DNA of 64,000 nt from Bugula neritina (taxonomy: Eukaryota; Animalia; Bryozoa). This document shows, one piece after another, positions 15,901 to 29,300 of the stretch. Each line of letters opens with the position of its first letter. The first letter of the stretch is position 1. The notes under the pieces were generated by a model, which had not been told where the DNA came from, ran no database searches, and saw only the letters and a list, made by a program, of their open reading frames with translations. Location: the NCBI GenBank assembly GCA_964035545.1, contig OZ037767.1, positions 1,685,680 through 1,749,679 of the forward strand, read 5' to 3'. Made by a program: the position numbers and the translations under genes.

Positions 15901-18318
15901 AGGATATGAGCCTTTACATTAGACACTGCTATGATGTAAAATAAATTGTTATATGTTATAGAATAATTTTTATTATATGTATAATGAGTTGTAATATATA
16001 ATAAAAAGAATTTTAGTGTATAATAGAATAAATTTTAATAAATAATATATGGAGTGTAATATATAATGTAATGTGATTGCAGGATATAATATAATAAATT
16101 ATTCTGTATTTTTTTTGCTTTGTTGTTTACAATTTTAGAAATTACTAAAATATACGGATGCTGACCACCCGGACAAGTTCTTTTTGGAGTCCAGTCTGGG
16201 CTACTTTCGCTCCAGTTTGCTGACAATGAATGACTCAATGGAGAGGTCTCTGCAGCTGGCTGTGACAGATTCTAGCTGCTCGAAGAGGTCAGTGTTTGCA
16301 TGATGTCACTATAATACAGTATCATGATGTCACTATAATACAGTATCATGATGTCACTATAATACAGTATCATGATGTCACTATAACACAGTATCATGAT
16401 GTCACTATAACACAGTATCATGATGTCACTATAACACAGTATCATGATGTCACTATAACAATATATCATTATGTTACTATAACTACACAGCAGATCATTG
16501 GAAACATGCAGTTGGAGCAGTCACGAAGAAGAACAGAGACTGTCTACTGCAACCAAAGACAGTGGAATTCACTCAAATTGTGACTTGGGTTCAACTGAGG
16601 AATTGTCCTCCCTCTCAGCTAATCCTTTTGGTCAAATGATGGTTGAAGAGAGAAATAGTAAAAGTAGAGGTAACTAATTCAATATTCAAACTAACATGCA
16701 ATCATACTCACAGTATATCTGAAGTCAATGATGGCATAGATCTATTAGAATATTATGTAACAGTTGTTTACCAATTAGTTCAGTGAACTATTATGATGCG
16801 AGGCAGCAATAATGCTATTTAAAAGTTAGGTTTAACACCAATGTTTGCTAAATTTTCAATTGCAAATCTAACATTTGGTATTGTACCCATTCAACAAGCC
16901 TTTATAGATTACAATTCTTGTAAACTAAAATGCGGGCTGTCTCTACTGCACCCTCTCATTACTCACTAAGTTCTCTAGGCCTTGGGCTCTTTTCAAATAA
17001 TTTCAGACATTATTTTTCATTATAATTCTAGTTACTTCTTCTTGTTTAGGAGTTATCATCGAATTCTCTAACACTTTATTTTCCAACCAGTTTCAGTCAT
17101 GTTGTAAGAGTTGTCATTACATTATTTGGCAGTGTCATCAACGCGACGTCCTCAAAGTGTCATAGACTTTATTAGTCCGGAGAAAGAATTGACTCTATCA
17201 GTTCCAATGAGAAGCAAGACTCCAGTCCCGTCATCGTCCAGTAAAAGCAGCAGAAGTTTATTTGTCAAACGTATGTGTCACCTAACATGTTGTATTGCAA
17301 AGCTTTAGTACTGCTCATAATACTTTAGTAGGACTTCATTTCATCTCCTAAACTCTTGTACGTCTGCCTAGTTTGTGTCTAACTGATTCCACGTCTGCTG
17401 TTAGCATGTTTTCAATATATCCATTTTCATTAAAACCTTTTTGTATGCCTTTCCATTGTACAAATAAGGATAACATTTTATTGTCATTCCTTTAAATGTA
17501 TCATTTTAGATTCCTCTACTCCGTTAAAACCGTCCTTGTCTCAATCTACCCCGAACTTGCTGGATGACAACAACTTTGCTGATGGCACGATGTCATTGAA
17601 ACGGCAGCAAAGAAGGAAACACAAAGTTCAGTTCAAAAATCCTCCAATCGAAGAGCAGGAAAACAGTCAGCCTTTATCTGGCAGCGATATGAAGAAGTTG
17701 AAGAAAAGGTCCCTAGCTGATACTTTGAAGATTATCTTCAACAGGCGAAAGTAGGTGGCCCAATATTGCTATCAAGTGGCCCAGTACTGTTCTTAAGTGG
17801 TTCAGTACTGTTATTAAGTGGCCCAGTACTGTTATCAAGTGGCCCAGTACTATTATGAAGTGGTCCAGTACTGCAGACAAATTGCCCTCTCTGTTAGCAT
17901 GGCCAGTACTTTTCAGATGTGAATACTAAATTATATATATTCTATTTTGAATATAAACCAAACCTTACATCGCCAAATGCTAGTAAGTTTTTGACACAAT
18001 ATTTATTCTTGATTGTTGAGTTAAAATGTGGGTCTCTCAATAATTACTAGTTTCCTGTTTTAAACGGACATCTAACTGACGGATGATGAATATTTATTAA
18101 CACATTGTAGGGGAGCTCAGTCTAAAAACAGTCACACTGACATGTCAGACAGCTGCTGTGATTTAACCTCATCATTTGAGGAGGGTTCCCATGTCGTCTC
18201 TTCATATTTATCTGAGAACACAGACTATAACTCAAAACTGAAAAAAGGAGAAACAACTCCATATAGAAATGAGAATACTTACGAAGATGAGAATGGAGAC
18301 CCTTACAGCGTTGTGTAG
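3349..18318 (+). CDS. ARHGEF33: ARHGEF33-like Rho guanine nucleotide exchange factor (N-terminal coiled coil + DH domain, low-complexity tail)
   Basis: Phase-compatible GT-AG exons: 3349-3408 (or alternative 6550-6693), 9041-9205, 10038-10278, 10463-10644, 12007-12097, 12259-12388, 13741-13879, 15222-15425, 16139-16287, 16494-16669, 17133-17270, 17510-17750, 18111-18318 (TAG). The DH domain has AVDIMESEKNYCTTL...ILGDIF...LLTPVRRI...LLKYTDADHPD. The N-terminal QLREMMQDLQVGFSAAMNELSNIQ resembles, from recall, the ARHGEF33 coiled coil. No PH domain is evident. First-exon choice is uncertain. Confidence 0.8.
6550..6693 (+). CDS. Candidate alternative first coding exon of the ARHGEF33-like gene
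   Basis: ATG-initiated 48 codons (MLKWKVNSPQLSAHSDPRLLRSISD...) ending in a strong phase-0 donor AAT|gtgagt that is compatible with the 9041 exon. A CpG-enriched stretch lies at ~6300-6445. Confidence 0.5.
7339..7372. repeat. (TCTG)n microsatellite
   Basis: About 8 units. Confidence 0.95.
9828..9898. repeat. (AT)n microsatellite
   Basis: About 35 units. Confidence 0.98.
16299..16480. repeat. 24-bp tandem repeat CATGATGTCACTATAA(T/C)ACAGTAT filling a short ARHGEF33 intron
   Basis: About 7 copies lie between the donor at 16288 and the acceptor at 16493. Confidence 0.95.
17754..17873. repeat. 21-bp tandem repeat AAGTGGCCCAGTACTGTTATC starting at a donor site
   Basis: About 6 copies immediately follow exon end 17750. 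Confidence 0.9.
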
Positions 18319-18944
18319 ACTTTATTTGTTAATATTTTGTAAGTCTGTAAAATATACAAGCGGACTTTCATTAGCCTTTTTATAAAAAATTATCTTGGCC
18401 TTGACCTGAAAAAATAGGCATAGAATTATTTTATTCTTTAATATATTTTTAGCATTACATTTCCTATGATCTCTATAAATAATAGAATTACTTGTGAGCT
18501 AGTATTGCTACAAAATCTTATATGATGTGCAGGGAGATGAGATATTAAACTACAGGTGCTAGGGTCATGATGTGTTGCTGTGAAAACATTTTGAAATGAT
18601 GAGCATTCAATCATCAACCAATCATGCACTTCGACTTAAATATTTAAACTTTATAAAAATAAAATTTTGTTGTTTGTAAAAAATATGAGCCTTGTCTGTG
18701 TACAAATAAAATTAATGAATTTAACTTCTACTCACCTAGCTAGAATTCATATAATGGTGTATATATAGCACCTGATATGTAAACCATGGCAATGTAACAT
18801 GTTAAAATAATACTAAAATAATATTAATATGACTTGAATGCTAACCAAAAGCAGGTTAGTTGTACGCTTTTGGTTTAGTGCGAAGTTGTATTACCTTGTA
18901 CACAAATGCAGTTGTAAAACTTTTTTCGAGTTAAGTAGAGTTGC

Positions 18945-19147
18945 TACTGTGAAAGCGCACCGGAAATATTCCAACTGGACACAGTAATCAAAGAGTGATT
19001 ACTTTCTTGTTTTGTTGTAATCGAACAAGACAGACTGGCATGAATTCTAATTTATATTGTCAAGTTTCTTGGTCATAATTTAGTTTTAGTTTAAGCCAAG
19101 TGACAGTGCCAAGAGCATACTAAGCACACAATAAAAATAGCAAAAGC
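18945..19147 (+). promoter_or_regulatory. Probable YIF1 promoter / 5' UTR with ETS-like CCGGAAAT motif
   Basis: gcgcaccggaaatattcc at ~18955-18972, about 190 bp upstream of the YIF1 ATG and downstream of the upstream gene's AATAAA signals (~18658, ~18705). Confidence 0.35.
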
Positions 19148-22100
19148 ATGGATGTACCGGCCGGCTATTCAGCAAACACAGCTACTCCTGGAGGTAGGAA
19201 CAAAATGAAAATGAAAATCAGATTCAGTGACAAAACTTAAACTCAAATCCAAGACTGAAGCGTATTGCTCTATTGTTATGATTATGATTAAATGATGAAC
19301 CTAGTGACACCACCAGGTTTTATTCAGATTTAGTAGTGGTTATTTGATTTGATTGATATCTAATGCTAAAACTAAAAGTAAATTAAAGTAGTATTACATT
19401 TAAATTTAATACTATTAATGTATAATACTTAAAGTTAATAGAATCACTATTACTGTTAGTATTATTATAATTTAAATTATTACTATTACTACTATACTAG
19501 TGGCAGTGCTAGTAGTAGTACAATAGTACTTAGTAGTAGTGCTAGTACTAGACCTAGTACTAGTAGTACTAGTAGCAGTAGTAAATCATTATTATAAATA
19601 TATTAATCGTAATTACGGTAATTTAAATTATAATCATAATAATTAACTTTAAGTTTAAGAGATAATCATAAATGATAAATGAAGTTGAAAGTAATATTTT
19701 AATTCTATAATAATATTGTATTTAAAATTTGCTGTTCAAATATATTCTTATATATTATTAATATTGTATTAATACTCAATAGACAATAATGAGTAAGCAG
19801 CTAATGCTAATACTAATATAGATAGTAATTGTTGTGGTAATACTAGTATGACTATGAGTATCAAGGGAAACTCGATCATGAATTATATTAATGATTATAT
19901 AATATGCTAATCATATTAATTAGTTGATGATAAATTCAATAAAATTAGTCAGGTGCAATGTGGATGTTGAGTAAATATTGATTTGATAGCAGCTAAAAAT
20001 TACTTTAATTTTAGCTCTGTTAAGCTGAAGTGAAACTATAGGCTCGCAATTGAGCATTGTTTTATTTAATTTTGTCCACTTTACCTAACTTTCATTAAGT
20101 TCTTTTGAGGTTTGCAATTATTGCTTCTAGCTGTGTATTTGAGCTGTTGGGCGCATTTTCTTGTAGGCTCTGCACCCACACCATCTCGAGGGCCAAAGAA
20201 GTTGGGTAAAAGAGCTGCCCACCCAGCAAACCCACAAATGTTTACCGACATTCCCCAGTCTCAGCCCGTACCCTCCCAGCAAGGTATACTAGGCGTGCCA
20301 AAGTTCTAAACCCTTGATCCTTCCTATGCCATCGGCACAAGCTGTTCTTTATCAGTTGTCTGAGCCATGAGCACCCTTTGTTGGTGTTCATGCCACTCTC
20401 TGGTTGTTTTAGGAGGTTATTATAATCCAGCCCAACAAGCACCCCCTGGTGGCTACTATGGCACTCCCCAGCCGGCAGCACCGATGCCACAGTTTCCGGG
20501 ACAGCAATACATGGCTGACCCAATGGCGAACATGGCCATGCAGTACGGCGGCACTCTAGCAGACCAGGGCAAGGAGTACATGCAGCAAAATGTTAGTAGA
20601 GCTCGGTTTTATCTCTGTCACATGTAACTGATATTTTTTTGTAGTTTTCTGAAAGCCTCAATGGGGAGTTTATTCCACATGAAAGGACAAATCTGTTATA
20701 GTTGTAGCAAGCAGCGTAGAATTCAATGTTTTAGTACAGGCTTATCTGCATTAATTGTATTTATGATATGAACTTTTGAAACAATATTGTAATTTAGAAT
20801 ATGTGAATGTGGAATGCCAAGTATGCATTGTATTATGATGGACAGGTTAGTACTAATTGTGTAGCCGTTTGTTTCTTTTACTAGTGTTACTGTGTTGTAT
20901 ATGACTGAAATGATGCTACCACTTCTGTATTTCCTGTTGCAGCTGGAAAAGTATGTCTCCGCCTCCAAGGTGAAATATTACTTTGCTGTTGACACTTCCT
21001 ACGTGGGGAGAAAACTCGGCCTTCTAGTCTTTCCTTTCACACATTCTGTAAGTCACTCTCTGGACAGATATTATATTTGAGTGAAAAGTTTTTCTATAAA
21101 TGTTAAGATTCTTAATACTCTAATCAATAACCTGTCAATACTCTAATTGATTGAAATTTTCAACTGACCATCCAAAGTAATTGAAATGTTCAAACATTTA
21201 CATTATACTATGTCTGGTGCCGTTATGGTTATCATACCAGTCTAGTTTAGCATAGCTTAGAGTAGAAGTGTTTTATTTTATAGAACTGGTCTGTAGCCTT
21301 CAATCAGGACGAGCCTGTAGCTCCAAGATATGATGTCAATGCTCCTGACTTGTACATACCCAGTATGTTGAGTATATATTTATATCACTTACTTACTCCT
21401 TTGGTGTAGTAATTTCAAATACTATAATCGTTTAATAAATACTGTAATATTTTTGTGATCTACACACATGGAGTTATTCTCACCATGCTGTGTACCCTTA
21501 TAATATTGTAATGTCTTGTAGTGATGGGACTAATTACTTTCGTGTTGGCATCAGCCGTGGCACTCGGTCTTCATGGAAGGTATGTATGCCTTTATACCAC
21601 TTGTAATATCACTTGTCTACCTGTAATATTACCTGTCTACCTGTAATATCACTTGTCTATCTGTAGTATTACCTGTCTACCTGTAATATCACTTGCTTAC
21701 CTGTAGTATTACCTGTCTACCTGTAGTATTACCTGTCTACCTGTAATATCACCTGTCTACCTGTAATATCATATGTATGTTGAAGGTTCACCCCTGAAAC
21801 CATCGGCATGGTAACCAGCTCTGCTCTGGGGTACTTACTTCTAGAGATATTAGTCATACTGTTTGTCATGTACATACTGGCTGTACAGACTTCTCTCACC
21901 TACCTCGACTGGTGTGCTTACTGCGGGTACAAATATTTCGGGTAAGTATAGTGTAGAACCTACCTCTCACTGTATTATATAAATCTGTAAGTATGGTGTA
22001 TAATTATACTAAATTTGATATATAATGTCTGAATCTACATAAAACCCTTTACTTGTTTAGAGCTTCACGTGGTTTTAGAAATTAGCTGGAATGAAGATTT

Positions 22101-22803
22101 TGACCATTATTTGATACCGTTTGGTATACATTGTAACAATGACTAAATTTCATATCTTCTCACACTTGACCTTGTAGAATGGTGTTGGCACTAATAGCTG
22201 GTGTATATATCAACAGAATGACTTACTACTGCATACTTATATACACTGGAGTGGCTCTCGTGTTTTTCCTGGTGAGCTTCGAGTAATACTCTGTAATACT
22301 CTGTAATACTGTAATACTTTATACTCTGTAATACGCCATTAAATGCTACATTTACACTGGTGCGACTCAGTTAAAGTTTAAAAGTAATGTATGAACAACC
22401 ACACATGAAGCTTACTTATAATATTCTAATACCAAATCTTTAGTACGTATAACACTACTTCTTACTAATTTCACTAGTAATAAATCTACCAGCTTTTTAA
22501 TAGCAACTCTTTCCCACCATTTTTATTTCCCCACGTCATAGGATTTCAGTTGCAATCCAGATTTTATAGGATTATAAAATGACAGAAACATTCAAGTGTT
22601 GAATGAATTTAAACGAAACACATAGCTTAAGTTCTTTATTGTTTTATTGGGTGTTGTAGACGCGCACCCTCAAAGTACAGATTCTGCCCCACTCTGAAGA
22701 TTATCAACAAACAGGCAACAAAAGACGTCTGTATGTGCTCCTGTCTCTCTCCTGTGTACAGCCACTGTTTATGTGGTGGCTAACCTACTCCCTCGTACTC
22801 TAG
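19148..22803 (+). CDS. YIF1B: YIF1 (Yip1-interacting factor, YIF1A/B-like) ER-Golgi membrane trafficking protein
   Basis: Exons 19148-19193, 20167-20283, 20413-20591, 20943-21047, 21284-21362, 21522-21579, 21786-21941, 22178-22271, 22660-22803 (TAG). Family motifs: [66 protein letters not shown]. Confidence 0.93.
21598..21772. repeat. 20-bp tandem repeat CACCTGTCTACCTGTAATAT filling a YIF1 intron
   Basis: About 9 copies. Confidence 0.93.
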
Positions 22804-23345
22804 AGGGAATTCTTTGTAACCCTAAGGCTATCTTTATCTCTACCCAGTAGCTGTGACAAACTATTACAGCAGACATAATGGTGCTATGAGAGAGAGCAGT
22901 GCGAGGTGTGCACACTGTAGAGTAGTAATGTGTATGTATGAAGGGGGACTAGTAAGCTGGTATTACGATGTTTTTATCCTTAGCTTATGTTCCAAACACT
23001 GGCCAAACAATAACCTGTAATTATTATACTTTTTATTGAAATACTGATAACACGAGCTGAAGATGTAACAGCAGTAAAGTATGCAAGGTAATCATAAATA
23101 TAATGTGTTGCTTAATACTTTTAGTATTCTCTCTGTATTTACTGATGAATAAGTCTATTGTGTAGTGAACTAATTGTGGAGTTGTCTTTTCAAGTCTTCT
23201 ACACTCTTTTCTAGGCAATTGTCTTGCAGTAGACACAGGTTTTTCTTTTTGTTGAATGCTATTAGATAGTATTGTAAGTATTTATGTTCACCAAATACTG
23301 GTAGCACTTGTTAATTTTTAATCCAGATGGTTATTTTAATAATCC

Positions 23346-26300
23346 TTAAGAAGAGAATAAAGAGTTACCTTCTCTTGATGCCTACAGAGATGTTGGCCTT
23401 TCACTTTGCTACAACAGAGTAAACAATAGTTCTGTGGAATACATATTTCCTCCAAATGAAAAGATTTTCCAACAATTGTTATAATAAAGTGAAATTGACG
23501 TAGTTGCTTAGCTTGCGTGCGTACGACCAGATTTTGTAGAGTTGAAAAACCAACCACAAATTAATTCGAACTACTTGATTTAAAAGCGAATCTAAGACTC
23601 AAATTAGTTCTAATAATTATACAACTCAATGAGAATATTTATCTGTAACTATGTTCTACTTCATTACTTGGAAATCATCTGCCTATTGCACCTACCTCTA
23701 TATACTTACACTCTGCAATCTACATAATACATGTTACATTTACCTCTATAATATACTTGCACTCTACTTGTATACCGTATGATCTACTACACCCTACTCC
23801 TACATGTATGTTGCACTTACCTCTGCACACAGGTCTACTATTAAGTTAAGAGTTGTCTGTTGCTGCTGGTACACGTACATGTTGTACTCGATGGCTGGCA
23901 AGATTTGAAAGAATCGTTTCAAGGTTGTTTTCTCCCTGCAAACGAGGACAACACAAGTAATACAATAACACTGAACACAACACTGAATACAATGATGGCT
24001 GGTCAGACCAACAAGTAGAAAGGCAATTTGGTTGGCTTAAATCGTATTAACAAAAAAAACTTACAGTTATGCAAACAATGGTGATTTAAAAAAGTAGAAA
24101 TTGAGTAAAATATCCCTTATAAAACATTCTTAAATAATGGCCAGGATGAAAAGGTTACCACCTTGCGGCCACTTTCACTGGCTATCGGCAAAGACTTACC
24201 ACTCATTGGCTGTTGGATATGCCTCTTCAATTGGCATCTTTTTCTTGGAGTTGTCCCCTTCAAACAGACTGTCATCATCCCCTGAGTTTACTACTGCAAT
24301 GAACAGATAGGCTAAATTATACTCGAAATGGGAAAGATCTCGTGTCTTAATCAAAAGATCAACTTCTCTCCTATTTAAAAGTCATCTGCTTTAGAAATAA
24401 TAGATGTCATTCTGAATCACAATTTATTTTGCAAGCTTGCCTACCAGTTGCAATTTTTAAACTAGTGTGAATTGTGAGTTCCAACTAGTAAAATATTTCA
24501 AGTTAGTATGATGGAAACAACTTAAGTAGCAGTGTTTTTGATGAGGGAAAACATACATATGCTATAAAGCCACAGCCTGGACAGAAAACCAACGGCAAAA
24601 GTATGCAGTTGCGAGGACTCATTTTAAATAGAAGTCTTATACTTTCACAATTTTTTGTTGGTTCGCTTTTGCTCTAAGCAATGAGCTAAAGTACAATTCG
24701 ACCAGTTGAGCTGGTAACTACTAGAGATGGTAGGGTTGCTATTGTGACATCACAACGATTCTATCAACTTACAGTCATATAATGTATCGTCTTCCTCTAT
24801 TTTCACTGTCTTATCTTTAGGATCTCCATAAGCTGCGTACAGAGTCAGTTGGAAGTTGTCTACTAACACCGCCACAAACAGGCTGCATGGGAAAGGAAGT
24901 CACAATATCTTACAACTCTAATCAATAACTGCACTCAAAACAATGCATGTTTTTTTCTAATAATTCATAAATATTTTAAAAATTCAAAAACAATGGAAGT
25001 GGAAATTTAACAAATTTTTTATATAAATTTTAAAGCATGATATAACAAAGATGCATGCTGAAGCAATGATAATATAACTCCTAATTAATTGAAGTATAAC
25101 TGTCAAAATGGGACTTACTTTAAGAATATGAGATACTCTATGACAATGTAGGCTATGAGGTAGATGATGATGTGGCTGGAATCTACAAACAGTAGCAGTG
25201 ACTTACAGTGACAGTAACTTACAGTGACAGTTACTTACAGTGACAGTTACTTACAGTAGCAGTGACTTACAGTAGCAGCTACTTACAGTTACAGTGATTG
25301 ATACAAAATTCAACGAGTTTGCAAAAAAAAATCGTTTTAAGCAAGATTGCATCACAAGTTGAACATAATTTCACTATCTAGGTCAGCACACAGTGAGAAA
25401 GCATACAAGGGTCAGCGGACACGACGTCCTCGTATATGAAGAACCAGTCATCTAGAGTGAGTAGCTGGAAGAGTGTGAAGAGGGCAATCCACAAGGAGCC
25501 AAACCTAGTCGGGTCAGCGTGGGCGTACATACCCCGACCAATCACAGCAAACATATCTGATTATATTGTCAGGAAATATGCCGCACACAGGTTCATAGTT
25601 GAAGTATGATGAACATATCAGATTAGTGGCTGAATTTGTTTCTTATATTTAGAAGATACAAAATTTCAGGCCTTTGGCTAACTTTCTAAATACCTCTAAG
25701 AATATAAGACTGTACATAGCACACATGTACACAATGCATACATGAATATAGCACACATGAATATAGCATACATGAATATAGCACACATGAATATAGCATA
25801 CATGAATATAGCACACATGAATATAGTACACATGAATATAGCACACATGAATATAGCATACATGAATATAGCACACATGAATATAGTACACATAAATATA
25901 GCACACATGAATATAGCACACATGAATATAGTACACATGAATATAGCACACATGGATATAGTACACATAGAATATAGCACACATGAATATAGTACACATG
26001 AATGTAGCACACATGAATATAGTAGCCTACACATGAATATAGTAGCCTACACATGAATATAGCACACATGAATGTAGCACACATGAATATAGTACACATG
26101 AATATATATAGCACACATGAATATAGTACACATGAATATAGCACACATGAATGTAGCACACATGAATATAGTACACATGAATATATATAGCACACATGAA
26201 TATAGTACACATGAATATAGCACACATGAATATAGCACACATGAATATAGCACACATGAATGTAGCACACATGAATATAGCACACATGAATATAGTACAC

Positions 26301-29300
26301 ATGAATATAGCACACATGAATATAGCATACATGAATATAGCACACATGAATATAGTACACATAAATATAGCACACATGAATATAGCACACATGAATATAG
26401 TACACATGAATATAGCACACATGGATATAGTACACATAGAATATAGCACACATGAATATAGTACACATGAATGTAGCACACATGAATATAGTAGCCTACA
26501 CATGAATATAGCACACATGAATATAGCACACATGAATGTAGCACACATGAATATAGTACACATGAATATATATAGCACACATGAATATAGTACACATGAA
26601 TATAGCACACATGAATGTAGCACACATGAATATAGTACACATGAATATATATAGCACACATGAATATAGTACACATGAATATAGCACACATGAATATAGC
26701 ACACATGAATATAGCACACATGAATGTAGCACACATGAATATAGTACACATGAATATATATAGCACACATGAATATAGTACACATGAATATAGCACACAT
26801 GAATATAGCACACATGAATGTAGCACACATGAATATAGTACACATGAATATATATAGCACACATGAATATAGCACACATGAATATAGCACACATGAATAT
26901 AGTACACATGAATGTAGCACACATGAATATAGTAGCCTACACATGAATATAGCACACATGAATATAGCACACATGAATGTAGCACACATGAATATAGTAC
27001 ACATGAATATATATAGCACACATGAATATAGTACACATGAATATAGCACACATGAATGTAGCACACATGAATATAGTACACATGAATATATATAGCACAC
27101 ATGAATATAGTACACATGAATATAGCACACATGAATATAGCACACATGAATATAGCACACATGAATGTAGCACACATGAATATAGTACACATGAATATAT
27201 ATAGCACACATGAATATAGCACACATGAATATAGCACACATGAATATAGCACACATGAATGTAGCACACATGAATATAGTACACATGAATATATATAGCA
27301 CACATGAATATAGTACACATGAATATAGCACACATGAATGTAGCACACATGAATATAGCACACATGAATGTAGCACACATGAATATAGTACACATGAATA
27401 TATATAGCACACATGAACACAATGCATACATGAATATAGCACACATGAATATAGCATACATGAATATAGCACACATGAATATAGTACACATAAATATAGC
27501 ACACATGAATATAGCACACATGAATATAGTACACATGAATATAGCACACATAAATATAGCACACATGAATATAGTACACATGAATATAGTACACATAGAA
27601 TATAGCACACATGAATATAGTACACATGAATATAGCACACATGAATATAGTACACATAGAATATAGCACACATGAATATAGTACACATGAATGTAGCACA
27701 CATGAATATAGTAGCCTACACATGAATATAGCACACATGAATATAGCACACATGAATGTAGCACACATGAATATAGTACACATGAATATATATAGCACAC
27801 ATGAATATAGTACACATGAATATAGTACACATGAATATAGCACACATGAATATAGCACACATGAATATAGCACACATGAATGTAGCACACATGAATATAG
27901 TACACATGAATATATATAGCACACATGAATATAGTACACATGAATATAGCACACATGAATATAGCACACATGAATATAGCACACATGAATGTAGCACACA
28001 TGAATATAGTACACATGAATATATATAGCACACATGAATATAGTACACATGAATATAGCACACATGAATATAGCACACATGAATGTAGCACACATGAATA
28101 TAGTACACATGAATATATATAGCACACATGAATATAGCACACATGAATATAGCACACATGAATATAGTACACATGAATGTAGCACACATGAATATAGTAG
28201 CCTACACATGAATATAGCACACATGAATATAGCACACATGAATGTAGCACACATGAATATAGTACACATGAATATATATAGCACACATGAATATAGTACA
28301 CATGAATATAGCACACATGAATGTAGCACACATGAATATAGTACACATGAATATATATAGCACACATGAATATAGTACACATGAATATAGCACACATGAA
28401 TATAGCACACATGAATATAGCACACATGAATGTAGCACACATGAATATAGTACACATGAATATATATAGCACACATGAATATAGCACACATGAATATAGC
28501 ACACATGAATATAGCACACATGAATGTAGCACACATGAATATAGTACACATGAATATATATAGCACACATGAATATAGTACACATGAATATAGCACACAT
28601 GAATGTAGCACACATGAATATAGCACACATGAATGTAGCACACATGAATATAGTACACATGAATATATATAGCACACATGAACACAATGCATACATGAAT
28701 ATAGCACACATGAATATAGCATACATGAATATAGCACACATGAATATAGTACACATAAATATAGCACACATGAATATAGCACACATGAATATAGTACACA
28801 TGAATATAGCACACATAAATATAGCACACATGAATATAGTACACATGAATATAGTACACATAGAATATAGCACACATGAATATAGTACACATGAATATAG
28901 CACACATGAATATAGTACACATAGAATATAGCACACATGAATATAGTACACATGAATGTAGCACACATGAATATAGTAGCCTACACATGAATATAGCACA
29001 CATGAATATAGCACACATGAATGTAGCACACATGAATATAGTACACATGAATATATATAGCACACATGAATATAGTACACATGAATATAGTACACATGAA
29101 TATAGCACACATGAATATAGCACACATGAATATAGCACACATGAATGTAGCACACATGAATATAGTACACATGAATATATATAGCACACATGAATATAGC
29201 ACACATGAATATAGCACACATGAATATAGCACACATGAATGTAGCACACATGAATATAGTACACATGAATATATATAGCACACATGAATATAGTACACAT

